From the NCBI RefSeq assembly GCF_032118995.1, contig NC_092661.1, forward strand, positions 19,526,621-19,590,620: a stretch of 64,000 bases of DNA, in the 5' to 3' direction. The position numbers were made by a program, and so were the translations under genes. Below are positions 14,350 through 27,282 of the stretch, piece by piece; the stretch's first letter is position 1; each line of letters begins with the position of its first letter. The notes beneath the pieces are model-generated. The model was not told the DNA's origin, did not search any database, and worked only from the letters and a program-made list of their open reading frames with translations. The stretch is from Asterias amurensis. Lineage: Eukaryota.

Positions 14350-14880
14350 TAATTCATCGCCCCGTTGGGTCTATAGTGCAGCTGCTAAGGTGAACAATTG
14401 TGCACTTTGTGGTAAAAGCATGAAATTTGCTATGATGGTTGGTATTGGGCTAATTAACAATTTAAGACCGGGACCCACCTTGGGTCTCGCCTATTTAGGG
14501 GCGGAGCCTCATTTGCATAAAAGGGGGGTCTTTGATATAAATATTGGGCAAAATCATACTTAGAAATTTTTTTTTTGTTCTTTTGACCAGAAATATAAAC
14601 TTGAAAATCATAATTATAAGTGAGAACAAAAAATTAGTGGAAAAAATGCCCTTTTTGTGGGCGGAGTTTCAATATTTCTAAAAGTGGGCGTTTTTAAAAC
14701 AAAGTGTTATCTTCAGTGAACTATTACTGTTTTTTAATTTTTTTTTCAGCTGATTTATGTTATTTGAATAGAAATACTATACAAAACAACATTTTTTATA
14801 CATTAGTTTAAACAGTTTCTTTATTTCCCCCTCTTTTGTGGGCGGGGCCAGAGTAGTAAACGAGGGTTTGCTAAATTACA
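14350..14880. repeat. left inverted arm of a composite element (unique outer segment plus satellite-like units)
   Basis: The outer 120 bp (GTGCAGCTGCTAAGG...TGTGCACTTTGTGGTAAAAGCATGAAAT...GGGTCTCGCCTATTTAGGGGCGGAGCC) is the reverse complement of 18130-18260. This is followed by degenerate repeat units containing TGTGGGCGGAG. Confidence 0.7.
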
Positions 14881-15179
14881 CAAGTGTAATGATCACTAAG
14901 CTGTAGCATACTTGTCGGAATACTGAAATAGGTAACATGTACAGGGAAAAAGAAAAGTGGTGAGTTGGTATTTGATGAGGCCATTAGAGAGGCCATTGAA
15001 ATCTACCAGTCTGACCCAAGTTAATGGGGGTTTAGGAAATGTGCTGTGGATAGAGGGTCGATATCCATTGGTCAGGAAGAGTAGGAGCCAAATGTCACTT
15101 AGCTGGAGGCTAATGTTCTAAAGAAGGGTGTTGTGCTGGTAACTTCTTCTTATCGTGTTCACACACACTATATATTGTG

Positions 15180-16320
15180 TTTCAGCCAGAACTGGACACA
15201 GTTCCTAGCAAGAGCGTTGTACTCTGCAAGGTCCTCAGTTCTGTATTTCTGCTCCATAGTTTGTGGCTCTGTCTTACATATGCAGGTAACGTCTTCAGAG
15301 TCTTGATATCCCCACTTCTTGAGAGACACGTTGCACCGGCCAGTTGATGTTCTTAGTCTGTTGAGGCACTTCTATTCAGCCCAACCTGAGTCAGCATCAG
15401 GGGGGGGGGGGAGTTCTTCCGAAGCACTTATGTCCATGGATGTTCTAGGTGGAAGTTAACCAAGTCTCTCATGTCACATGGCAGTTCAAAGAGCCCCAGC
15501 TTCTGCACTTGGTTTGACTTTGTTGAGGAAGCTTTTCCTGGACCGAGTCTATTCTTAGCAGGTGTGTGGCTGAATTGAGGGTTTCGCTTGTGGTATGGCT
15601 ATACCAGAAAGTTTGTACAGACTATCAGTTGGTGTTGGTCTGAGGCATCCAGTGATGAGTCGCCATGTAGCATTGATGGCTAGATCAATTTTCTTAGCGT
15701 GGGTAGATCTTTCCCAGACTGGGCACGCATACTCTGCAGATGAATAACAAAGGGCTAAGGCTGTTGATCGAAGAGTGTCTGGACTGGCACTCCATCTTGT
15801 TCCAGTAAGTTTGTTGACAATGTTGTTTCTTGCACAGACTTTGGCTTTGGTCTTCGCAACATGAGTCTTAAAGGAGAGGCAGCGGTCTAGGGTGACACCT
15901 AGATACACTGTATGGTCACAGTTTTCAAGAAGAGCCCCAGACCAGGATTCTTTCAGTTGGCATTTGGCTTCTCGATTACAGAGATAAAAGGCTGAATGAG
16001 AGTGATGACTTCTGCAGCACTATAGTCAATTCGGTGGTCGGTTAAAGAATCCCTCGTTTTATGATGAAGTTTCTTGTTAGCGGAAGGTATATTGGCCTTA
16101 TGCCTGCTTGATGGAACATACACGGAAGAAAGTGAGTAGTGATATGTGGTTGACCTTGGGTATGGGAACATATAGTTAAGTTTGGGGCGGCTTGGTGGTG
16201 TTAATCTGGTTGAAACTGTAGCTGTCCATACGATTGCGGTGACCCTACAATTGTCTTTAAAACTCCTCTGCAGAAAGTGACTGGCAAAATTGGGACCAGA
16301 AACAATACGATCCACAATGT
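15180..16320 (-). mobile_element. degraded non-LTR retrotransposon (LINE) RT remnant inside the inverted-arm composite element
   Basis: The - strand ORF 15555-15908 encodes YLGVTLDRCLSFKTHVAKTKAKVCARNNIVNKLTGTRWSASPDTLRSTALALCYSSAEYACPVWE, the conserved block C-terminal to RT motif 7 in CR1/jockey-like LINEs. It is interrupted by stops and frameshifts. Confidence 0.6.
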
Positions 16321-17584
16321 CACTGGTAAATTCTTGGTAGCAAATGCCGAAACACTTTGCTCATCGGCGCTAGCTGGGGGCTGAATATTGTGATCAAGTT
16401 TAGAGAACCTCTCAAGCCTACTCGATCTTCAATTGAACAGCACCATGAGGACCATCGCTGGTGCTGTTAGCTGCACAAAGACTGACTGGCTACCAGTCCT
16501 GAGTAAGGCAAATTTCCCTATTCAGATGATCCAAAGAGAGTGTGCCATATCAGTGATGGTTCTCTAAAGCTAAAGCAGAAGAGCGGCGCACGCAGTGGCA
16601 AGGTCCAGACGGCACAAGTTCCTGATGAAAAAGAATCGCACCATCCAGTTCCCGTGGATAGACCTTCCCAATGGTAAAGTGTACCTCCTGAACCGGTTCC
16701 GCACCAACTCGTCACTCCAACTAGCCAATTCTCTTCACTCTGACTCAATTAATCAACTGCAGAGACAGCAAGGGTCAGTCGCACTACGATCTCCTGTGTC
16801 GACGTCCAATAGAGCTTTGTGGTCGATTTCACTAGGCCAGGCAGCTGTTTACCTCAAGATGATCTTGGACGGCCTCTAGATGTTTTCCAGCCAGGAGCTG
16901 GTGCTAGGCCTCCCCTGGAGTTACTGGCGATGCGAAGAGCCTTTTTAGCTGGGGTGTTGTCAGCCACGCGAGCGACATGACAAAAGAAAGCAGAACGGCG
17001 GCATTGAATTACTCAGACTGGCAAACCCACAACTCCGACAAAGGCTATCCTGTCCTATATATTGAACACCATAGACACAAGTTGTAGGAACCATGAACAA
17101 GACGGTGTGTTTAGATGCTAAGGTAATGAAAGAAGAACTGGTGTACAACGGTCAATGTTGGTTATTTTTCATTGGAAACCGTGGTGGAGGCTGTTGTCTT
17201 GTTTCTTTGCGGTGGGGATCAGGCATAGACAGCTTTTGCCAGACTGCCCTTGTCCCATGGTGAACACGGTGAACTTGATGCTTGGTTGTTGCTGGTTGAG
17301 GTATCTGTATAGCATTTTGGGGGCTGATGGGTAGAGTCGGGCCACATCATCAGTTCCAATGAGCTCTTGTGGGAATTTGGAGAGGCAAAAACTGTGTAAG
17401 AATATTCAACATTAAGGCATCACTGCTGGTTTAATTTGTTTAGCACCCAATCGTTTACTCTCAAGAGGGAGCAAAGAAGTGCTGTGAGTAAAATGTAAAC
17501 ACTGTTACTGCAACTTAAAATGTAGAAATATTGTAATTAAATGTCTATACATGTATTTACACGGTTTTGCATGTACAGTACAAC

Positions 17585-18260
17585 AACCAAGGGGCTAGAA
17601 ATGGTTTTATTTTATCCCCACTTTCAAAAAATGTGACTCCCCCCACACAAGGGGGGGGGGAAGACAGTTATTAATTTTTAAATAACTATTTTACTGTTAT
17701 TATGTATTTTACTATAAAAGCTATGAATGAGCAGAGAAAAGCAAATTTAGTCAAAATTAACTTATTACATTTTTTCTGCCCCCACTTTCTTAAAAATACG
17801 ACTCCGCCCACTAAAGGGGCAGTTATCAAGACAGTTATTAATTTTTGAATAATTATTGAACTGTCATCATGTGTTTTAGTCTAAAAGAAAGAGCAGAGAA
17901 AAGTAAATTTAGTCAAAATTAACATTATTACATTTTTACCCCCTTCTTTCTTAAAAATATGACTCCGCCCACAAAATGGGCAGAATTCAAGACAGTTATT
18001 AATTTCAAATAATTATTGAACTGTTGTCATGTATTTTAGTCTAAAAAAATTAGCAGAAATGTTTTTCAAATAGTCAAAACTGACATATTAAATTTTTTAC
18101 CCCCCACTTTCTTAAAACGTAGCTCCACCCCTAAAATGGGTGAGATCCAAGATGGGTCCAAGTCTCAAAATGATCTTTAGGGTGTATATAACGACTGTAG
18201 GAAGTTTCATGCTTTTACCACAAAGTGCACAATTTGTCCACATAATGGGCCTTAGCAGCT
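17585..18260. repeat. right inverted arm: 3.5 tandem ~163-bp satellite units plus a unique outer segment
   Basis: Units begin at about 17585, 17765, 17928 and 18093. Each contains CTTTCTTAAAAAT(A/G)(C/T)GACTCCGCCCAC..GACAGTTATTAATTT. The outer part is inverted relative to 14350-14470. Confidence 0.75.
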
Positions 18261-20304
18261 GGACTACTATGATATCCCACTGATAACTGAGGTTTTATGT
18301 GCATTGTTCAAAATCAAAGGCGTGAATGGGAAGGACAAGGTAATTTGTTTAGGAGCTGTGGTTGAACTTTGCATCACTGTGTCATATTAACGATGTCAGG
18401 GACGGTTCTGCCACCCCCCCCCCCCTCTCCCTCAGGATTTATTAACGACCGTGGTTTTATTTTGTACTCAAAACAAACCCGCTCAAAAACTCGAAACATT
18501 TATTGATTCTCACTTAGTTTTTAAAGACATTTTTGTGCAAATAAAGCCTTTAATTTGAGTTGTTTTCCCCTTCCATTTAAAGTTTATTTTGTCTACTGTT
18601 TTAAATTTACGCACATAGACTTCATTCTGCTGACAGGAGTGTAGTTGGCAGTGACATGAAATTAGGACCCCGGGGTCCAATTTCGTGCTGCTGCCAATTC
18701 CAAGTCACCTAACGACCATTGCTTTCCTCTCAACAGAGTTATCCCCGCATAATAGCTAGCTACGTACATATGGAATGCTTAAAGCTATGCGAGCAGAGAC
18801 TTTCAAATGTTAGTCAGTACAAAAACGTAATATTTCCACCCTGCTGTACATATTAGTCAAGAACGTTTCTGTGAGACGTTCTCCGTCGTTGTTTTTTTTT
18901 TAGGTGGGGGGCATACATATTAAATGCAATGTTGGAGACCAACACTGCTTGTATGAATAAAAGGCTACACTTCAGGCACGAGGCTAAAAAAAATAGACCT
19001 CCGTGTTACAGCAACTTAGTACTAATATAGGCTAGAGGGAAGCTGGCAATGTCTCTGGCGGTACTCACAGATAGACAATTCAGGCAACTCAGTCCGCAAA
19101 ACAAGTCAGACCAGAGTGAGAGGGGCAATCTCCTACTCATTAGGGCCTAGCCTAGCATCCAGCCTAAGTAACATAAGGCCTATTGTTACAATGGCCGATC
19201 AAGCCGATGGCTGTTTGACAGTTCAAAAGATAAAGTAGCTCCAGAATTACCACAAAACAACAACATTTCGACCGTGAAGCGTATTTATTATGTGTTTATT
19301 GAAATCTTTAAATATGCCTTATTAGTGCAAACTCTCAAACTTTGAACTCATAGGTGTGCCCTCAAGACAAATTTAAATTTGCGCGCGCATTTGCAGACGT
19401 TCACAAACACACAAAAGTGTCTGCAGACGTATATATATCGAGATAATATACACCATTACAACAAAGTACAAGACTAAGCCAAGAGATCAAATGTATTTTT
19501 TACCTGTTGTACACACATTTTACTCACTATTGTTATTCTTCTTGTATGTAATCATGATGTTTAAACCTCTTGGTAGAATTTCACTTCATCATATGCTGCA
19601 AGCAAAACATTCTTTTTCACCAACGAACTGCTGATTCTTGTATTTTTAACGGTGGACTTACATAGCGCCCTCTACGAGTAAAGTAAGCTCAACAGTTAGA
19701 TATGTATGTTTTAAAAGGTAACTGTTAGCTGCGATCTTGCTTTTAATTACCTACGTAAACCTACGTTGATGACATCTAGAGGATCGCGGTACTAATTACC
19801 TTTTAGTAGCAGCAAGTGGAATAGATTCTGCCAACGGTGTCTCAAATGGCGCCCTCTTGAGTAAACGTTGAGCCACGTTATAACTGTTGTATCTCTACGC
19901 CAGTGAATCGAAAGAAAATCAAAGTTAAATGACTCATTGTGACAAATCAGCAGATATTTTTTGTAAAGATATAAAACATGATATTTTTAAAGCATTACGT
20001 ACATTGGCAACTATTAAATGAAATCAACCACTACCGGACTACACTTTTTCAACCATGCATGGATCACTTCCTAAAATTAGTGGTGATGAGGCGATCAGAA
20101 ACGCCATAAAGACCATAGACTTGTTTTCGTACGAAACAGTTTGATTATCTTCTTAAAATTTCTCTAAAATGAGGTATGTGCTCATTAAAATGTCACCAAA
20201 TGATACGTTTTATGTGTGGTTGTGTAATTGTCAATCGTCACAGGTTTCTCGTCGCTTACTTTTGCCATTCAGCTTTCGCTGACTGATCTGAACACCAACT
20301 GGCA

Positions 20305-20568
20305 ATGGCAACCTCAAACTACCTTCTTTTATTTCTACTAGGCCTACAACTTCTTATGTTATTCTTTAATGTTTGTCAATTTCATCTTTGTATTTTGGAA
20401 CCATTAATCTGTTCAGGTGGAGCCCCATTTCTAGGAGATGAGCAGCGTTTATATCAGCGACTGTTTCTAAAGAAACCCTACTACAACAGCCAGCTGCGAC
20501 CTCTGAAGAATAACTCGGATCAAGTCGTCGTACAGTTCACCATGTTGATCAAGCAGATTGTTGACATT
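20305..20568 (+). CDS. nicotinic acetylcholine receptor alpha-like subunit, exon 1 (signal peptide plus start of extracellular domain)
   Basis: ATG followed by a hydrophobic signal peptide (MATSNYLLLFLLGLQLLMLF...). Then ...EQRLYQRLFLKKPYYNSQLRPLKNNSDQVVVQFTMLIKQIVDI, typical of the Cys-loop receptor N-terminus. Donor GTAAGT at 20569. Confidence 0.7.
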
Positions 20569-21073
20569 GTAAGTTGTATTTTCAACATCAGTTTATAAAA
20601 CGAAATTAAGTAGGAATTTCAAGGAAAGACAATTTCTCTTTGTTTCAATGTTGTGGAGCACTGCCTACAAATCCCGGCCATATCTCGCTGGGCCTTCGCA
20701 CCACAACGTGATGCCTTTTCGTCCGATGTTGGCTCTCTCTGTGAGGTTCGTCACTGTGCAGTGTCTGTGTGCCATCAATATGGGGAAAGAATGTTTATAG
20801 TCATGTTGCAAGTAGACGATTTCTGAGAAAATGCCAATCATATTCATTTAATTATTTTTAGTGTTAAATATTGTTTCAGTTTTGTGAATTGCTTTTAACA
20901 ATTTACTGTCACTGTTGGGTCACTGTATCCTAGAATCGAAGACCAACAATGTTATCGTTAAATCAAAGAGAGGTAAGACTTTATACGCTTTATTAAACCT
21001 CACTTAAGGTATCGGTCTAAATGATGGAAACATTAATAGCATGATTTTTGATTTTCATAAATTCTTTAAACAG

Positions 21074-21228
21074 GACGAGCGGAATCAGATAATGAAGATG
21101 AACATCATACTACAGCAGAATTGGAGAGATCACTGGCTACATTGGGATCCTGATGACTATGGAGGATTGATGGAGCTAAGAGTCCCTGCTTATGATGTCT
21201 GGCTCCCAGACACAACACTTTATGACAC
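21074..21228 (+). CDS. nAChR alpha-like subunit, exon 2
   Basis: Acceptor ttaaacAG. Peptide DERNQIMKMNIILQQNWRDHWLHWDPDDYGGLMELRVPAYDVWLPDTTLYD matches the conserved nAChR block (DEKNQ...W.D..L.WNP.DYGG). Donor GTACGG. Phase continuous with exon 1. Confidence 0.7.
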
Positions 21229-21836
21229 GTACGGTTTGTTTATTACACTTTCTAGTTCCAGGATGGTGACAAGCAGAAGTTACCAGGTTTTGGTCTTTCA
21301 CAGATTTGTGGTGTAGAAAAAAGGTGTATTCCTGATGAATAAAGAAGCCCTACTACACTACCCCTCAAAAAGAAATCAAATGAGTAAATGTTGGAGCTAA
21401 TGTACCCAAAGCCTCATCCTCCTGAAGTTGTAACTGTGTACTTTATATTAATGATAGTCACTCCAACACTACTCTAAGCAAATGAATAAAATACTTGTTA
21501 ATACTAGTTGATTTGCAACCAATTGTTTTCTTACAATTAAATTGTAAACTTTTGATCACATTATCATAATTCTTGAAAACTTTCCAGACCTGTAATATTC
21601 AAAAGGTGACGGATTTGAGTTTCCACCGAGAATTTACAGTTATATACATTTTCAAGTATTGTAATCAAAAGTTTACCATAAAATTGTATCCAATTTATAA
21701 CAACTCAGATGAAGTTTCAATTTTTTTTCCTCATTTTAAAGCGGCAAGGAACTGTTTGGGTTGATTTGGAAAAAACCCTGATCAAACCAAACTTTAAAAT
21801 GGTTTTTAAAAGCATCACTGTTATTTATTATTGCAG

Positions 21837-22384
21837 AGCGGACACAAACTCGGCCTATTCTGGCATCACAGGCACAAATGTTGTACTGAGACATGATGGA
21901 CTGGTGCAGATGAAAACCAAACCTTACATACAACGTAGCACATGCCACATCAAGATTCGCTTCTTTCCTTTCGATGAACAGAAATGCCAACTGAAATTTG
22001 GGCTGTGGACATATGACTGGAATCATGTAGATCTACAAAACTCAACTGCAGGACCAGACAAATCGCAGTATTTAGAGAATGAGCAATGGGACTTGATGTA
22101 TTCATGTTTCAAGAGGAATCTTGAGAGCTACATATGTTGCCCAACTAAGTATGTGGATGTGACGCTTTTCGTTGGCATACGCAGGAAGCCTCTGTACTAC
22201 ATGTACAAGTTGGTGATGCCGATTGTTTTACTCTCTGCATTGTCTATGGTGGGTTTCCTGATGCCTTATAATGTGGGTGTGGTCAAGGCAAACCTCAGCA
22301 TCACTCTTATCTTGTCAATGACTGTCTTCCTACTTCTGGTGGCTGAGACTATTCCTAAGACATCAGAAGGACTTCCACTTATCA
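21837..22384 (+). CDS. nAChR alpha-like subunit, exon 3 (Cys-loop, vicinal CC, M1, M2)
   Basis: Acceptor tattgcAG. Contains the Cys-loop CHIKIRFFPFDEQKC, the alpha-subunit vicinal cysteines YICCPTKYVDVT, M1 RRKPLYYMYKLVMPIVLLSALSMVGFLMP and M2 ANLSITLILSMTVFLLLVAETIP. Donor GTAAGT at 22385. Confidence 0.8.
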
Positions 22385-22790
22385 GTAAGTATTCGTCTCG
22401 TTTGGATTCATTGGAGATGTCTCAGACATTTTGTACTTGTAATGTCACAGTAACATTACAACGCACTAAGTTCACAGTCCTTTTTAACAATCAAACCCCT
22501 CAGGTGAATACAGTTTATTAGCGTTTTGTCCCCCGAGAGATAACCTTACAGAAACACTTAACAATCATTTTTTCTGCGCCTCGGAATAGGGTCTTGTACA
22601 CTAGATAGATGGCGCATTATAAATGCATTATTATTATTATTATCATTCCTAAACCTTTGATAGCTGAAGTGTGACCTTGCAGGAACAATCATGTTGCAGC
22701 TGTGTTCCTTTCACTCATCCTCCACCTCACAATCTAATATGTTCCCATCACATTGACATTTTAATCTTATTTGCACATCATCAACTACAG

Positions 22791-23046
22791 GTGAATACTA
22801 TCTAAGCATCATGTTCCTCATAGCAATCTCAACAGCGATGAACATCACAGTTCTAAACATTTTCCACCGTGGGGAGGATGGTAGTGTTGAGGTGCCTCAA
22901 TGGCTCCGAACGTTGGTGCTCAAGTACATGGCTAGAATCATGTGTATGGATTGTAAGGGTGAATATTTCCTGACCAGACCCAATGAGCCCAAGATTGACC
23001 AAGCACGACTGGCAATGCTCAGGAAACAAAGATGGTTCAATGCAAG
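22791..23046 (+). CDS. nAChR alpha-like subunit, exon 4 (M3 plus start of cytoplasmic loop)
   Basis: Acceptor caactaCAG. EYYLSIMFLIAISTAMNITVLNIFHRGEDGSVEVPQWLRTLVLKYMARIMCM matches nAChR M3 and the post-M3 region. Donor GTGAAC. Phase consistent with exon 3. Confidence 0.7.
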
Positions 23047-23318
23047 GTGAACAGGAGTTGATTCATTCTTTAAAAAATGGAGACTCAATGAAAGTGGGAA
23101 AGCCCCTCCAAGTCTACTTTCATGTTTCAAGTTTCAACATGTTCACTTATTTAGCGGAACTTCCTTAATGCCAAACAATTATGCAGTTATTTTTCATAGA
23201 ATCACAGGGCCGGGATTGTAAGCAGTATTTTATTGGGTCATCGTGTGCAAGATGTGGAGATTAATTTCAGAACATTAGTTTGGGAAACCATAGTCAAACT
23301 GTTCTTTTTTATCTTCAC

Positions 23319-23346
23319 ATTTTCAATTCAATTCAATTCAATTCAA
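23319..23346. repeat. (CAATT)n microsatellite
   Basis: CAATTCAATTCAATTCAATTCAATT inside nAChR intron 4. Confidence 0.9.
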
Positions 23347-23758
23347 TTTTTATTGGTCCTACCATGGAGGAAATTCAGCTTGAATACATGCAATTTGAAC
23401 CTGACATTAATCACAAATTTGACAAGTTCAACGACTACACATTGTGATCATTGGTATATTGGAAATATTTTCATAATCATAGTGTACAAGTCTACTTCGG
23501 AATACAACATTCATTTCATTCTCAGAGATGTCAACATTAATTGCATCTTGCAATCAATGAGATTTTGTGTAGCAATCAGGGAGATATTGATGCTTCAACA
23601 TAACAGGGAAAACATTCCCATATCAGGGAGGATTTTCATAAGATAAGTTCATTTCCAAAGTACTCTCTGGGCGAATTGGCTGATCTGTATACACTGCAGA
23701 AATGGCTTAACATTTTGAATGATAAAAACTTACCTCATTTCATTTGCTACTTGCTCAG

Positions 23759-24149
23759 GTATGGCACATCATATACACCGCTAATTCAAGACTCGTCAAG
23801 GATGAATAATGATGGCATGCAAGGAGGCTGCAGTAATGGCCACAATGCACAAGCTGAGTTAGACCACTTTGTTGAGAATCTTGGAGAATCTGATAACATA
23901 AGACTAACCAAGATGGAATCCAACGTCTATGGAATCCTCAGACAGATCCGTTCAGTGCAGAAAAAGAGTGACCGCACAGGCAGAGTGCATAGAGAATGGG
24001 CCTTGGTGGCCACAGTAACTGACCGCTTGCTGTTCTACATCTATGCCTGCTTTACAGTTGCAATGTCTGTCATAATCTTACTAGTCAACCCAACTTTAGA
24101 CGTCCATGATGGAGCTATATGCGGTAACACAGAAAGTGAGGCAGCATAA
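23759..24149 (+). CDS. nAChR alpha-like subunit, exon 5 (cytoplasmic loop, M4, stop)
   Basis: Acceptor ttgctCAG. M4-like REWALVATVTDRLLFYIYACFTVAMSVIILLV, then TAA. Total CDS 1614 nt (537 aa). The acceptor choice is the least certain junction of this gene. Confidence 0.55.
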
Positions 24150-26098
24150 CTTAAGTTTTAAACATACACAAATACATGTACACCCATATCAATGTTGTAG
24201 CCCTGGAAATAATTCACTTGGGCCTTTGTTACAACATGGATACCTAACTGGTTCAACTGTAGTCTGGATAGGCTACACTTAACCGTTTACAAATATTGTC
24301 CAGGTAAAATAAATTTTGGGGCCCAATTTATGTAAAAGATGACCAACTTCAAACTCGACTTCTGTATTACAGCAAACCCTGGTACTTTTTCAAATGGCTA
24401 TAAATGCAATGCATCTTTACAACAAGTCTTCTTTTGAAGAAAGTCTTCAAGACCTTATGGATGGTAAAATGTCAATCAAGCTTTTGATTCAAGATGACAT
24501 GCTTAAATTCACTGCATCAAAGTCAGACAAGGAACTCACTGCTGAATTTTATGAGAATTGAAAAAGTTAAACTTGCATCCCAATTGGGAGCTCGACCCAA
24601 TATGCCATTTAGTGGAATCATAAATCTTGCTTGGCTACTTTTTGTGTTTAAAAGAAAATATAGCTGAACAGTTCTCTACTTAGCAAGAATAAGCAGGAAA
24701 CCAATCACAAAAGGTACATATCTTATTATGGCAAGCACATTTGCATTTTGCTTAGCTACTTTGTGTGCGTAAACAGCTCTATGCATTGGGCCCTGATTAT
24801 TATTAATATAATTAGCATTCCAATGACAGGTGTTTAATGAAGATGTAAGATTGTGGTGGTAATGTCAAACCTGGTTCTATGAGTTTTTAATCTTTTTACT
24901 TTATATTTATGTCTTAGTTTCTTTAAAGTGTTCCACATATACATGAACATTTTAACAAAAATGTTTGTTAATTTGTAAACAAAGGGTGAATTTTATGTAA
25001 TTGCTTTGCAGAGTTGTCAGTTACATTGCTTAACCGTCTTTCAATTTTCAGGGGTGAAAACCATTTTAGTTTACAATTTGTATATTTTTTATAAATTTGA
25101 AAGAAAAACTCCCACCATTTATGCAAGTCCTGTAAGGCTCTTGCATTTTGTAAATAATGTATAATTTCAATAAATATCTGTAATCTGTAAGGATTTATGT
25201 ACTCAAAATACTAAGAAAATCACATAATGAAGCTATTTTAGAGTGGAAGTAACAACTTGAAGCATTTAATGGTTGTGTACAAACATTCCACTTGATCATC
25301 AACCAAGTTCATCATTGAGTTTGTGTTTCAGTTTTTATTACTTTTGGTGCAAGGTTTGGATCACAGTGAAATGATGTTCCTTGATCATTCTTACCAAACT
25401 ATTTACTACTGGCACAGTCAGGGGTTTGTTTTGCGTTTTTTATCTCACAATCTTGACATAATTTTAGATTGATTTCACATATTGTTTTTGTGTCCAATAG
25501 GCAAATGGCCTTACCTGAAATGAAAAATGGTTGAGCATTATTTCGATGGCTACATATTTAATAACAGAAAACACCAATGTCAATTCTTTGTCTTTTTGAT
25601 ACTTAATCATTTTTGTTCCAAGGTACAGCATTGGTTATGTAGATACAAAAAATGATACTTTTGTTCCCCATGCCTCCATAGTCAAACTCATGTATGCCGA
25701 GGGAGTTTTCGTTTTGGGTGATGGATGGTTCTGTAGTGAAAATTTACACCATCACCGTTCGCTGTATCAAGTATCCGTTCAATGGACAACCCATAGATTT
25801 TTCAGGCTGATGAACTTTGAGTTGATCACATGACCAACAAGTTCAGTATTCGGACTGCGCATGTATGAATATTTATCAGTATGTTGAAACACCAAATGTC
25901 GGTTTTAAGCAAAACGTAGAATCATTCCAGGTAGAAATGGACGGGCGACTGTCCTCAAAGTGGACGCATGCGCCGAAAAATCAATGTGTAGTTTTCACCG
26001 TCGCAGAACCATCCATCATCCACAAACTCCCTAATCACAAAACAGGAGACCATTGTGGTGAAGGGAGGGGGGGCGGATAAATCACCTGGGGCAGTGGG

Positions 26099-26490
26099 TT
26101 AAAGGAACACGTTGCCTTGGATCGGTTGAGTTGGTCTTTGAAAAGCGTATGTAACCGTTTGTTATAGAATGCATATACATGTACATGTAATTATAAAGAT
26201 AGTGGAATATAATGATCCACACAAGTTTCACTCAAAGTTGCGTGGTTTTCCGTTTACTTTGTCGACAAACACGGTCGGCCATTTATGGAAGTCAATTTTT
26301 TTACTCTCATGAATGGCTGACCATGTTAGTTCGCAAAGTCAAACGAAACGCAGGCAATTTTGAGGCAAATGTGTGTGGATCATTGCATTCTACTTATACA
26401 ACATCTTTCTACCCATATGCATTTTATAACAAATGGTTACAAATGCTTTTCATAGACCAACTCGACCAATCCAAGGCAACATGTTCATAA
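26099..26490. mobile_element. foldback MITE family A, second copy
   Basis: Same palindromic element with the same termini, about 85% identical to the 8716 copy. Confidence 0.8.
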
Positions 26491-27276
26491 TCTGTAACAT
26501 TTCTGCTTCCAAAGGTCCTATGCTGTACCTTCCTTTAAACATTGTTTCTTCCTAGTTGACTATCACTGTAACGTGAACATAAATGCACAACGTAAACTGT
26601 AACAAATTTAAATTTCCAGCAAGTATTTGTTTCAGTAAGTAAATAAAAATGCCTTTGCTTTTATTAAATGATATATGCCAGAGTGTTGCTTAAATTTGTT
26701 ATAGATTATATTTAAGCCCAAAAATATGATGGGTTCCTGAAGTGACAATATGCTTTCTACTTGGAATGAGATAGAAACATAAAATCATTTGATGCCGAGA
26801 AAACAATTATTTAGAATACCTTTTAGAAAACTGTCGGAGTTTTCTCATGTTCCATGCAGGTTGATGCAACCAGTTCAAAACCACATTACATTTATAGGGG
26901 CAGGGAATTGGCCCGAACTTGAAAAAGACCTTTAAGGTTTGCTTTAATTTGCTCATGCAATTACAAGAGTTAAAAAGAAACAATAAGATAGCAATGTGCT
27001 TAAATTGGGTTGTTTTTGTCAATGGCTTGGGAGGGAGGAGGGGGTGGGGGTTGAAACACAGCCTGATACTTCACAGAGAGGCTAACTGAGCCAAACTGCC
27101 TTGATGCCCCTAGAACTTTACATTTCACAGAAGAGCCCTTAACGATGTTTAACTGCCTTGATATTTACCAGAATGAGTATCAGGTCGGCCAACAACCTCA
27201 TCCTTAAATTAAGAAAAAGACAAGAAAGAAACTTGATGACACCATCTTTGTCAGTATTTCAACCGTGAACTGGCTT

Positions 27277-27282
27277 TTTATT
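27277..27282 (-). promoter_or_regulatory. RPL24: candidate polyadenylation signal AATAAA for RPL24
   Basis: tttatt on the + strand is AATAAA on the - strand, about 120 nt downstream of the RPL24 stop codon. Confidence 0.4.

Noticed and set aside
17585-18170. Possible CRISPR array, from regularly spaced repeats.
   Set aside because: Units are ~163 bp with no unique spacers, and the context is eukaryotic with introns and SINEs. This is a satellite, not CRISPR.
21709-22521. 270-aa + strand ORF taken as a single exon.
   Set aside because: Only the part from 21837 (after the acceptor tattgcAG) to 22384 (before the donor GTAAGT) is nAChR coding sequence. The N-terminal 43 aa and C-terminal 45 aa of the ORF are intron read-through.
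23233-23646. 137-aa ORF in nAChR intron 4.
   Set aside because: AT-rich, and it contains a (CAATT)n microsatellite. There is no splice context or homology.
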